Shown here piece after piece: positions 27,901 to 40,524 of a stretch of 64,000 nt of DNA. The notes under the pieces were generated by a model, which was not told where the DNA came from, did not search any database, and was given only the letters and a program-made list of their open reading frames with translations. Origin of the DNA: Octopus vulgaris (lineage: Eukaryota); contig OX597818.1 of the NCBI GenBank assembly GCA_951406725.2, positions 85,746,001 to 85,810,000 of the forward strand. The letters run 5' to 3'. The position numbers and the translations under genes were made by a program. Within the stretch, counting starts at the first letter, position 1. Each line of letters begins with the position of its first letter.

Positions 27901-28781
27901 AGCAGATGTAGTAAATAGATGCTGAAAGAAACCTGTTGTGTGTGTGTGTATTTGTGCCCCTCCTTATCTTGATATTATGAGATGATTGTAAATGAGCATT
28001 ACTGTCATACAAGGGCATTTGCCCATAGAAAATCTGCCTCAACAAATTTCCATTTGACCCTTTGCAGAGCACAGAAAACTGCATGGAATGATAATGATGA
28101 AAGTGTATTTTATGAATAAAGTGTATGGAAGGTTTAGAACTGTCAAATGCATAAGCAAAAGATCTCATAAAATAAAACACCAAATGCTTCATACCAAACC
28201 ATAAACTGACACTAGTATATTACAAAAACAATATGAACAAAAACCTGCTTATTAACAAAACACTACAAGCATGTAAACTTGATAGCAAGCTACAAATACC
28301 CAATGTAATTTATAAATTTGATTTGGTATATTGTTCTTTAGTAATTGTATCTTGTATTTTATGGATTTTTTTCTTTTTATAAGTGTAGCTAACTTTTATA
28401 TTGTTTCTGTTCTATATTGTATTTTCTGGCACACAAATCAAATTTTTGGGGGCCAAAATTTATAGCCAAAAAACAAGATAGGTCAACCTGTACACCAAAT
28501 CAACTTCGGAGGACTGAAAATTCCATGTGAAATGCAACAGGATTTGGAAAGATAGTGAAGTTGTTCGAATACTTACACATGTTTGCACTAACTGCCTCAT
28601 TGATTTTTATACTGGAAAATGCAGTAGTTTGTGATATTTATGTTCTATAGGGAAGCGTTAGAAATTGAGCATCTTATATGAGATGCAAGACTCTGCAGTT
28701 GCAAAATAAACTTCTTAATCACACGGTCATTCCTGCATCCATTTACACATATATGTATATATATTACATATACATACATAA

Positions 28782-29105
28782 GTGAAGGTGCATGGCTTAG
28801 TGGTTAGGGCATTCAGCTCACGATCGTAAGATTGTGAGTTCAATCTCCAGCGACGCATTGTGTCCTTGAACAAGACACTTTATTTCATGTTGTTCCAGTC
28901 CTCTCAGCTGACAAAAATGATTACTACCTGTATTCCAAAGGGCCAAATATGTCACACTCTGTGTCACACTGAATCTCCCAGAGAACTACATCAAGGGTAG
29001 TCATGTCTGTGGAGTTCTCAGCCACTTGCACATTAATTTCACAAGTAAGTTGTTCGGTTGATCGTACCACCTGGAACCCTCATAATCATAATTGATGGAG
29101 TGCTC
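28782..29105 (+). mobile_element. tRNA-derived SINE, near full length
   Basis: Pol III A/B boxes (TGGCTTAGTGG, GAGTTCAATCTC) plus the core shared with the 12303-12550 family. Confidence 0.75.
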
Positions 29106-29281
29106 CTATATGTTTTATTATATACATGTGTGTATATATATATATATATATATATTCATATGCACACATATGCCTTTCCCAATCAATTGTTGTCTTTTGA
29201 TGTTCCTAGTTTCCCCTATAGTAGTTTACCAATATTGTAAAAGCTTATTAATTTTTGTTTTTGTTTTATTTCTCTTTGCAG

Positions 29282-29472
29282 TACCAGCCCAACTCATCCA
29301 ATTTAAACAGCAAGCCTCTTCAGCTTTTCATGCAGTTGATAAAGAATGCAACATTCTTGTTAACGTTTATACGCACTTTAGAGGCGCACCAGTCATTTAC
29401 AATGCGAGATCGAGTCAAAGTTGCATCTTTGATCTCTGTTACCTTGCAATCAGACATGGTTTACGCCACCAG
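29282..29472 (+). CDS. PlexA: Plexin A exon 5: [34 protein letters not shown]...[22 protein letters not shown]
   Basis: ttgcAG acceptor, GTGAGT donor, phase 0/2; [10 protein letters not shown] and MRDRxxVASL plexin motifs; follows a 17.3-kb intron. Confidence 0.96.
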
Positions 29473-31391
29473 GTGAGTTGTGGGTTCCATTTTTCTTCTG
29501 CCAGGAGGAATTTTTCATGTATTGCAAATCTCTGTCTTCATAGCTCTTTCTCTCTTTTTCTCTCTCCCTCATACTTTATTCCCCCTCACTCTTCTTCCTC
29601 CTTGCTCTTCCCACTCTCTTTTCCTCCCCTCTTCTTCCCCCTCTCTTCCTACTCCTTCTCTTTATCCCTCACACTGTATTTCCTCTTTTTTCCTTCCTCT
29701 CACACACTATATTTCTCCCTCTCCCTCTCCCTCTCTCACTCTTTACACAATATTTCCTTCTCTCTCACACTATATTTCCTTCTCCCTTTCTTCCTCGCCC
29801 TCACTATATTTCCCTCTCTCTTTCTTTCTTCCCCTCTCCCTCACTATATTTCTCCTCCCTTTCTTTCTCCCTCCCTCTTTACCTCACATTATGTATCCTC
29901 ACTATATTTATCCTCACTCCTTTATCCTCACTATATTCTCCTCTCTCTTCATTAATTCTTACATCTATAATATAATTTACATAACGTCCTTCATACTTTA
30001 ATGTTATGTAATTTTCTTCATGCTGTAATTGCCACTACCAAATGATTTTCTTAAATTATCTAGACTACAAATATAAAATTTTACTGAAAAAGTAACGGTG
30101 AGCCTCACTGCACTGCATCTGAATGAGACACAACTAAGCTGAAATTACAATCCTGTGGTTGCTTGTCCTACATGTTTTATTCATGGGTTTATAACACTGC
30201 TATTATTTTAGAGAAAACTAAGCATATAATCTTTTACAGAATTACACTAAATAGCATATCTGCATCTCATATATATTTAAAGTGTTTGACTGAGAGACCA
30301 TGTGCAGTTTGTTTCTCTATAGAAACTTTAGAATAAAGTTCAAGATATATTCTTAACATTTGGGAAATAAAGCTTACTGATGCTTCTACTCAAAAGTAGA
30401 TGGACACAACAAGAATAATTGTACTGTTCTGTAAAAATTATTTGCAATCTTTAGATATATGGACACACACACACACATATATTCATTATTTGTGATGGAC
30501 ACAGTATTAGTTTAAATTAATGATTTGTATATCCTACTTAAACCATACATACTGTTGGAATCCATTTTTAAACTGCAGTATTTATCTTAAGGAAGCATCT
30601 CTTCAAGATGTATAGTGTTAAAAAACACATATGTATCAGCAGCAGGTGAAAATCAAACAGCAGCAGCAGTAACATTGCTAAATTTGGATTTCTGCTTTTT
30701 TGAGCTTCATCAGTAGCAAGTATATATATATATATATAAATATATAAATACACACACACATATATAAATGTATATAATGTATATGGTATATGAAGCTACA
30801 GGTGAGATGTTTAAGAGTTCTTAATGCTGCAGGGCTAGAGTTATTTATGGTTATTGCAGCTGGCACCTCACATGTAATTATTTGAATTTCACAGGAATGT
30901 GAAATTCAAATAATTGCTAACTGCCTAAAGTGTGTGTGTGTGTGTATGTAATTTAAGAGATTATATTGTAGGACATATCAGTGAATTTTCAAGGACAGTG
31001 GTTTAGCAGCACTCTGCTTATTCAGCCAAAAAACTGCACTGATGACCTGCCCTACTATCGTAACATGGATGGGAAGATGAGCAGCCGTAGTTAAAGAGTT
31101 CACGGAGAAGCATGTTATCTCCCCTCACATTGATGGATCGCCTGGTGACGGCAAACCAGCATCAGTGACAACAGTTCAGAACTACACTGCAAAAAGAATA
31201 AATAAATAAATTAAAATCTTACAGTTTCTCTCTGGTTTTAAAAACTAAAAATAAAAACACACAAAGCAACCTCTAATTTCTACTCCAATGCGGGCTTAAA
31301 TTCTTGAAATAATTCTAAATACTTCAGACATGTAATATATGATTCGTTAATAGACATCTCAATTTGAAACTTTATTTTCTTATCATTTCAG

Positions 31392-31469
31392 CATTCTAAA
31401 GACATTGCTGGAGGATTTAATAAAGCGTTCCATTGAAGGCAATAATCACCCCAAATTACTGCTCCGAAG
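31392..31469 (+). CDS. PlexA: Plexin A exon 6: SILKTLLEDLIKRSIEGNNHPKLLLR(R), GAP arginine motif
   Basis: Read manually (not in ORF track): tttcAG acceptor, GTAAGT donor, 78 nt, phase 2/2; NHPKLLLRR is the class A plexin signature. Confidence 0.96.
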
Positions 31470-32626
31470 GTAAGTAGAGGTGGAAGAGGATGTAATTTAG
31501 TTTTGTCCTCTGTCTATCTGTTTTCTTCTCTCTCTTTCTCTCTCTCTCTTTCTCTCTCTCTCTTTCTCTCTCTCTCTTTCTAAAATATTTACATTGTGTG
31601 TATATATACGTTTGTATTTTTGCTTTAATTGTGTAAACATCTACTTGTTTGTTGCTGTTATTTAATCCTACCACAGCTGTGGCTGTGTGGTTATGAAGCT
31701 TGCTTCCTGCCTGTGTGGTTTCATGTTCAGTCCCACTGCATGGCACCTTCTTCTGTAACTCTGGACCAATAAAAGCCTTGTGAGTGAATTTGGTAAAAAT
31801 CCTGTCACACACGCACACACATAACGTGTGTGTATGCCCTTATCTTAGCATCATGTGATGTAAATGGTCATTACTGTCATACAAATTAGATTGTTCATTT
31901 CTGAACATCTGTGAAAAACATTTTCTGCCATAGGGAAATATTACCTTGTTCAAAAACAGTTAACTGTTCATGACACGAAAGGCATCAGGCCATAGAAAAC
32001 CTGCCTTGACAAATAAATTCTGTCCAATCCAGGCAAGCATGGAAAAGCAAATATACATCATCCTGCAGTTGGAGAAGAGTGACTACTTGGTTTCTGCTTG
32101 TTAGGTTCATCAGTAGTAAATATCCTCATCTCCACATGCCAAGTTGATGTAGTTAGATAGTGTTGTTTAACTAGCTGATGTAGTTAAAGTGATAAGATCA
32201 TTGATGTCGCAATTAGCTGGGTTGGCTGAATGAAAATTCATTATTAGTAACAGAAATAGTACGAATTCAAAATTTACAATCTGTATATATATATTATATA
32301 TATATTATATATATATTCTAAGTGTACATATTATTGAAAGCCTTCTAAACTGCAGTATTCATTTTGAGAAAGTAATTCTTATGGATGTAAACAACTTTGT
32401 CATTTTTAAACAGATAAAAGCAGTGAGTTGGCAGAACCATTAATACTCCAAACAAATGCTTCATCCATTTTTGTGTTTTGAGTTCCAATTTCACCAAGGA
32501 CAACTTTGCTTTTCATCCTTTTGGGGTCAATAAAATAGACACCGCTCAAGTATTGGGATCAGTGCAATTGACTTCCCCTCCTCTCAAAAACTGCTGGCCC
32601 CGTGTCAAAATTTGAAACCATTAAAC

Positions 32627-32989
32627 AGGAGTGGCTGTGTGGTAAGAAGCTTGCTTCCAACCATATGGATGCAGGTTCAGTCCCACTACATAGCACCATG
32701 GGCAAATGTCTTTTACTATAGCCTCAGACCAACCAAAGCCTTGTGAGTGGATTTGGTAGATGGAAACTGATAAGAAGCCTGTTTTATATGTGTATCTGTG
32801 TTTGTCCCCCTACCATCGCTTGACAGCCAATGTTGGTGTGTTTACATCCCTGTAACTTAGCAGTTCGGCAAAAGAGATTGATAGAATAAGGAGTAGGCTT
32901 ACAAAGAATAGGTCCTGGGGTTGATTTGTTCAACTAAAAGGTGGTGCCCCAGCATGGCCACAGCCAAATGACTGAAACAAGTAAAAGAA
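32627..32989 (+). mobile_element. Full-length tRNA-derived SINE (CORE-like); also 51700-52093(+), 41520-41915(-), 40650-41040(+), 18607-18770(+) and many partial copies
   Basis: GTGGCTGTGTGGTAAG...GGTTCAGTCCCACTG head, ccttgggcaagtgtcttctactatagc core, internal (TA/TG)n, 3' end actgaaacaagtaaaaga. Confidence 0.85.
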
Positions 32990-33254
32990 TTAAGCTGATA
33001 ATTAATTAGAGCATAGATTAACATAAAATTTTTATGAATGGATTTAATTTAGATCACTTTAAGACAGGTCATTAGTATTATAAATCCTAGCAAAAACTTT
33101 GGGGAGATTGGTATCAAGAGAATTAAGTCTTGTAGAATATTAAAGAGATGGAAAAAGAGAGAGAGAGATGTTGCAGGTGAAAGGTGTCAATTATTAGCTA
33201 AATGTGTTCCATAGAATGATAACTAATTGCTTCTCTTTACCATTTATTTTTCAG

Positions 33255-33321
33255 GACTGAATCAGTAGCAGAAAAAATGCTTAGCAATTGGTTTACATTT
33301 TTACTTTATCGGTTCCTCCAG
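33255..33321 (+). CDS. PlexA: Plexin A exon 7: (R)[22 protein letters not shown]
   Basis: ttttcAG acceptor, GTAAGT donor, phase 2/0; nearly identical to vertebrate plexin A [21 protein letters not shown]. Confidence 0.97.
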
Positions 33322-33672
33322 GTAAGTCTGACACCAAATTCCAAATTAGGTTGTGCTTCTATTTCTTATTTTTCCCTTTTCTTCTTATCTTGTCTTCTTA
33401 TCTTTTATTTCTTATTTTCTTCTTTTTCTCATTATTATTATTATTATCATCATCAATGTTCAAGGCAGCAAGCTGACAGAATCATTAGCATATCAGGCCT
33501 AATGCTTAGTGGCATTTTGTCCATCTCTATGATTTGAGCTTAAATTCTGTCAAGACTGACTTTATTTTTCATCGTTTTGGAGTTGTTAAATAAATATCAT
33601 TTGAACTTTGAAGTCAATGTAATCAACTAATCTTCACACCCAAAACAGCTGCCCTTGTGGCAAAATTTGAAC

Positions 33673-33786
<114 letters not shown>

Positions 33787-35553
33787 GGCTGTGAGCTGGC
33801 AGAATCGTTAGCACACAGGTCAAAATGCCTAGGACCATTTTTTGCAGTTTTTATGTTCTGAGTTCAAATTCTGCCAAGAACAACTTTTCGTCCTTTCAGG
33901 AATGATGAAATAAGTACTAGTCAGGTACTGTGGGTGATGCAATGGCCTGGCCTCCTCTCCCAAAATTTCAGGCCTTGTGCCAATAGTAGACAGGATTACT
34001 ACCACCAGCACTACTACTGCTGCGGCTGCTGCTGCTGCTGATGATGATGATGATATTATTATGCCTGGATTTCATAAACTGAAATGTTTTTTGTTAAAAC
34101 TTGTGCTGCCTATATTTCCTATAAGTAATGGTTTTGTTATCTCTCTACTGTTCCACCACATACACACACACACACTCATTCATTCAAATGCAAACCAATG
34201 AAGCTTTCTTGAGCTTCTGAAATTAGCAACAAATCTCCCTCAAATCACACAATTTGCAACTTAAAAAAAAAAGAGAAAAATCAGTAAGAACAGGTTGAGA
34301 AATCTGTAGACATAAACTTTAAAATGATGAACACACACACACAAAGATATTGTCTTTTTGAGAATAGTGGATCTCAAGGCAAGTGATAAAGTCATAAATG
34401 ATATCTTAAAGGGTTTTTCAACCCAGTAATTATATGATATTTATAGTGTGCTCAAGAAGACCCATCCTGCACAACAGAGGTGTTAAGACTGCTCCCCCCG
34501 ATGAAGAGGATTGGCCTACAAAAGTCCTGGGCCATGTAAAAAATACTCATGCTGGTGGCATGTATAAGTGCTCATTCGACGCCATGTTCAAAGCACCCAG
34601 CACACACTGTAAAGTGGTTGGCATTAGGAAGGACATCCAGCCATAGAAACCAAGCCAAATCAGACTGGAACTTAGTGCAGCTCTCTAGCTTGCCAGCTCC
34701 GGTCAAACCGTCCAACTCATGCTAGTATGGAAAATGGACATTAGAGGAGAAGGAGGAAGATGATAATGATGAACAACAAAATTATTTCACATTCTTTTGG
34801 ATGTTTATAAATTCTTATGTCAATACACACACACACACACACATTCACACACACATGGTGGACTTCTAGTTTCCATCTACTTAATTCACTCACAAGACAC
34901 TGGTTGGGCCAGGGCTGTAGTAGAAGACACTTGCCCAACATGCCATGGTGTGGGACTGAACCTGGAATTGCATGGTTACATAGCAAGCTCCTTAACCACA
35001 CAGTCATACTTGTGCCTACACAATCATGCTTTTTTTTTTCTCCCCCAATTTCTACAACTACAACATTGAAAATGGAAGGTGTCAAGTATGACAACCAAAC
35101 AACACAGCATGCAGATATTTTCACACGCTTACATACTTAGACAACACACGTACACATTCACCAATATCAATTATCTAAAATCAGTCTGCTATATTTAGAC
35201 TGACACTTGAGTTTTTAATGTCCAAACAAAGTTGTCCTGGACAATTCTCTGTTAATGTCAGTAGCGACCTCCTGCCTTTCATAGCTTTCAATGAAATTCC
35301 TTTCAATGATACTGGTTGGTCAACAGAAGGGTCAGTCAAGGTTAATGTAATGCTATTCTCCTTCTCCAAGACTTTTTAAGTGGCTATCTAAAAAGGAAAA
35401 GGTGTTCAGATGGATAGAACAGACAGGATGTTTCGTGATGTTGCTGCTATTGTTTTTTCTCCACTGTCTCATTTTTATTATTTGTCTGATGTCATCCAAC
35501 CCATCCATTCCTCCTACCACCTAAATTCACAGCTGAGTGAGTGGGGGATTGTG

Positions 35554-35595
<42 letters not shown>

Positions 35596-35755
35596 GTTGC
35601 TGTATGGTAAGAAGTTTACTTCCCAATCTCATGGTTATGGCTTCAATCCCCCTATATAGCATCTTGGGCTGGTGTCTTTTTAATATTGCCCCAGGCCAAA
35701 CAAAGCTTTGTGAGAGGATTTGGTAGACAGAAACTGAAAGAAACCTGTCTTGTTT

Positions 35756-35810
<55 letters not shown>

Positions 35811-37418
35811 CCCACTCTACTGTGTCATGTTTTTTAGTGGCCTGAATTGGTTTTAGTTGATCACAATCATGGAACTGAGATCAACTGAACAAATGATATT
35901 TTTAGTGATGTACCATCTTAGCTGAAACAGTATGTCTTTTTCATATGCCTTGTTGGACCTCTTGAAAGTTGGCACACACTTGCATATTTTATATATCTTG
36001 GCACACATTTGTATATTTTATATATCTTGTCAAGCTGTCCAACCCATTCCAGGAACAGGAAATGGACTTTAAATGGATGGTACACACATACATGACAATT
36101 TTCTCTCAGTTTCCATCGACCAAATTCACTTACAATGCTTTGATTAGCCTGAAATTATAGTAGAAGACATTTGCCCAGTGTGCCATGAAGTGGGATGGAA
36201 CCTAAAGCTACGTTGTTGGGAAGCATTCTTCTTAACTACACAGCTATGCCTGTCACACATATGTATACATACACAAATATATATAATGATATGCATGCAT
36301 GTACATACAGAGATGGAATCACCTTCATAAAATACAAATGCATACAAGTATATACATGGGAACATATATGCACAGTTAAACAGATGCAAATTCATGAAGT
36401 CAGTATGCATAGGTATGTACATGTGTACACACACACACATACATGCCTGTGTAAATAAACCATGCCATGCATGTTTGTTGTTCCCACAATCACCACTTCT
36501 CTATATACTCAGGTTTCTCCCCACTATCTCCATCCTCAGTTTTACTTGACAAGGGAGTCCTTTCAGTGAATATAATTTAAGGATCACCATCTAATCATGA
36601 TAGAAATAAAAGAGGATACAGTGAAAACATTGGGTGTTGACTTGCATATATTACAAAGAAGTGACACATAGATATACAACATACAAGTAACATAATATCT
36701 ACACAACACATATTTTATGTATTTTGTTTAGTGTTATTGTTACGTTGTTGATTTTGATTCTGCTGTACTGTATAGTGTTGTTGGCTTTGTGTTGTTATTT
36801 GGTGTTGTTTTAGTTAACTTTTACAAAACAATAGTTAAAAAAAAAAATGTCAATTTTGTTACTTTTCTTGGCTGTAATTTTGACTGTGGTGACTCTTATG
36901 TTGTTTCTGATTCATTTCAATGTTGTTTTTGTTATGTTTGGCTGTTGCTGTCATTGATGAAATTGTTGTGGTATTGGTTGCAGTAGTGGTGGAAAGGAGT
37001 CAGTTCTTTAAAGAGTAGTTGTGTTAATTAACGGAATACTAATGAGGGGAAAGCCAAACATTCCCATTGAATTTCCTCCTGGCAGTTACAAACTGAGAAG
37101 AACGGTGAGGGAGTGACAGGGAGAGAGAGAAGGAGTGAATGAGAGAAAGGGATTATTTGTAGAACAGTGTAAGTGGATGAAGATGTGAGATGTTGTGATT
37201 TACTCTCCCCATCCTCTCCCCCTCCATATACTTCTTGCCTTGATGTCTTAGTTCTGCGTCATATGCCTTAACCTTATCACTCCCATCATCCATCTTATAC
37301 TCTTTCTTCAACTCTCTTCCTTTGGCATTTATGTCTATATATATATGTGTATGTGTGTGTGTAGATAGATTTTGTGTCATTATATATTGGGTAGTCATAT
37401 TTTACCAATAATAAACCC

Positions 37419-37673
37419 CCACACATTGCTTCTATATCACCTCTTATCATTATTTTTAGTCAACTAGTTAACCAATTAATCAATTAACTAACAAAGTCCC
37501 TGATTAATTGTTCAATTAATCAATCTATCAGTTGGTTTGTCAGTCTTTTCATCATCATTTTCTGACCAGAGTAGATCAATTAATTGATTGAACAATTAAT
37601 AAAGTAGTTAATTGGTTAACTAGTTAACAAATAGTAGTAATAATAAGGGGTGAAATAGAACCAGTTTGTGTGT
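37419..37673. repeat. Imperfect fold-back inverted repeat (~100-bp arms), probable MITE
   Basis: Left arm ttctatatcacctcttat...aactagttaaccaattaa...attaattgttcaat is the reverse complement of right arm attgaacaattaat...ttaattggttaactagtt...ataaggggtgaaatagaa. Confidence 0.8.
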
Positions 37674-37765
37674 TTCTTATTGATAAAATAACTTTGCTGC
37701 TATACAACATGTTTTGACACATTTTCGTATCAAAAATTTTAGCAGAACAAATACATAAATGAAAT

Positions 37766-37800
<35 letters not shown>

Positions 37801-39139
37801 TTGCTTTGAGCTATAACTGTATAATTATGAAGTTCCCTTTCCCAACTATGTGGTTTCAAGTTTAGTCCCACCATGCAGTACCTTGGGCAACCACCTCCTA
37901 CAGTAGCTCCAGGCACATCAGCACATCAATGCCATGTGTGGGAGTTTGATGGAAACTGAAAGAAGCCTGTCATATATTTAAAAAAAGCTTTGTGCATGCC
38001 TGCATGAATGTTTTACAAAAGGACTACTTGAGACTTAGATATTTTTTGCACAGATGTGGTATTGATGGGTGCTTCTAGCAGCAGGTATCCAAAGAGTTAC
38101 ATACAAACCACGGTGATACTTGCCTTCATGCCAATGAGTATTTTACCTTTCTTTGGTTACAGCCAGCCACACTATGCAGCACATAGAAAACATAAAAAAA
38201 GTCAAGTAATGCTTTAGCATTCAGATTACCCTTTCAAATATAATGCTTATTTATTCACTTTCTTTTGAATTAATCATGTTTGAGATTTACATGATGTGAT
38301 TGGTTACTTTGACATAATACAGTAGGTATGAGAGGCCAGATCTAGCTGGTCTGAATAAAATTGGTAAAAAGACCCCCCTTCGGTCATGAATGACCATGGG
38401 ATTGTACTTAGAAAGTTACCTTCCGAGGTACAAGTCTGGGCAAGGTTGTTTATGAAAGACCAGCAGTTACCCATGCTTACATGCCTCTTCTCCCCACGCC
38501 TATGGAAAGCTAAAGGCCAGTACAGCTTGACACCAGTGACATTACAACTCATTTCTATAGCCGAGTGAATGGAACAGCAGGAAATAAAGTGTCTTATTCA
38601 AGAACACAATACATAGCTTGGGCTGGAAATCGAACTCACTACCTCCTAATTGTGAGCCCAATGCTCTAACCACTGAGCCACGTGCCTTCACTTGAACATA
38701 AATCAAGCCTGAATATTGTACCTTGAACATAAAACAGGTGCAATATTTGAGCCTAATATGGCCAGATTAAAAGATAAAGTGTTAAAGTGAGGAAAGGCCT
38801 TCCACAGGACAAATTTTACTCTCTAAACAATGTTATGAATTCACCCAGAAAGGACTAGCCTACATTATTCAATGCAAACAAATTCACAGATGTTGGATCA
38901 GACTTTAGATACATCTAAACAAAAGACAGGAGTCTTTCACTCCCATCTGTTGGATGGTTTGTTCTTTTTACTGGGTTCATCCACCTTTTGGTAGGTTTTG
39001 TTTTTCATCCTGCGATGTGTCCAATGAAAACTACACTTCTTACCATGCAGGATTAGTAAGGTTGCTAGTTTAGTTGCCAACAGACCAACCATGTCACAGG
39101 TTGTATTGGTTACATATTACAAGTAGCACTGACAGACAA

Positions 39140-39433
39140 ATATATGTATTGATATGTTCATATTATATACGTGTATGTATGTGTTTATGTAATACATAAA
39201 TGTATATGCTTGTGTGTGTATATATATGAGTATTTATGTAATATGTGTATACATATGTGCATGTATGTATGCACATATATGCATATATATGTGTGTATAT
39301 GCATGTATGTGTGTATATATTCATATATACAAATGTATATGTACTTATATAAATGCATATATACATACACACACATACATAAACTATATAATATACATCA
39401 TGCATGTAAATGTGCACACATACATGCAGTTCC

Positions 39434-39484
<51 letters not shown>

Positions 39485-39577
39485 TGCATATATATATATA
39501 TATACATGCATATATATATATAGATAGATACATTACACACATTTAAAAATATTATATATATACATATATACACGAGA

Positions 39578-39635
<58 letters not shown>
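39140..39635. repeat. Compound (TA)/(TG)/(CA) low-complexity tract; similar tracts at 22860-23385, 6230-6400, 7350-7530, 26960-27130
   Basis: Directly visible; source of many spurious ORFs. Confidence 0.95.
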
Positions 39636-40454
39636 AACAAATATACTTCAATGTATCAGATATTAAATCAGCATTAGAAACCCCAAAAACAATGATGCCT
39701 CACACGCACACCTTACCCCCCACCCCTCCTCACCAATACATCATAGACATATATAGTTGTGGCAGGGGTGGGAGAAACAAACAGAAGATGGATTCTGGGT
39801 TAGGAAAAGCTAATAATCCTTCAGTTGTACGTAGCATGTTCTTAGTACTTTCTTTCTACGTAATGTGTTTTGTGTTGATGTTGTTGTTGTTGTTTGTGCA
39901 GAGCTTTTAAATTTTTTTTTTTTTTTTTCCATTTTTAAACATTTTTAACTTTGCATTGGAAAACTTCCCCAGAATGTTGTTATAAGGTTACTTTTGAGAA
40001 TAAACAACAGTTTTAAAAAGAAGAAAAAAAAAGATTTTAAAACAGATCAGCTAATACAGGAACAACAACAACAACAATAATCATAATCATAACTTTGAAA
40101 AATGAAAAATAAAAATTTTTTATTCAAATGATCAATACTATGACATAGACAACAAAAGCGGGAAATAAAACAAATACACCAACAACCACTAGTAGTAGTG
40201 GTAGTGGTGGTAGTAGTAGTAGTAGTAATAGCGGTGGTAGTAATAGCAGTGGTAGTGGTAGTGGTAGTTGTAGTTGTAGCTGTAGTGAAACAGTAATCAG
40301 AGAGTGAGAGGAGACAGAAGAGCTACCACAATAACTGCAACAAGAGCAACTACAATATGCAAAATACATTCTGAAAAATTTAGAAATTTTAAAATTTCTA
40401 CTAAAGGTTTCTTTTACATTCATTCTGTTATTTTTATTATCATTGCTTTCGTCT

Positions 40455-40524
<70 letters not shown>

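Noticed and set aside
28782-28860. tRNA-like sequences with A/B boxes
   Set aside because: They run directly into SINE bodies and lack a complete cloverleaf; SINE heads, not tRNA genes.
29092-29955. Longest ORF in the track (287 aa)
   Set aside because: Off-frame read through exon 5 into TA and CT low-complexity sequence that lacks stops; no protein-like signal.
30950-31210. GC-richer segment with CTGATGA and an (AAAT)n tail
   Set aside because: No GAAA or stem pairing for a hammerhead; probably a retroposon 3' end that I cannot classify.
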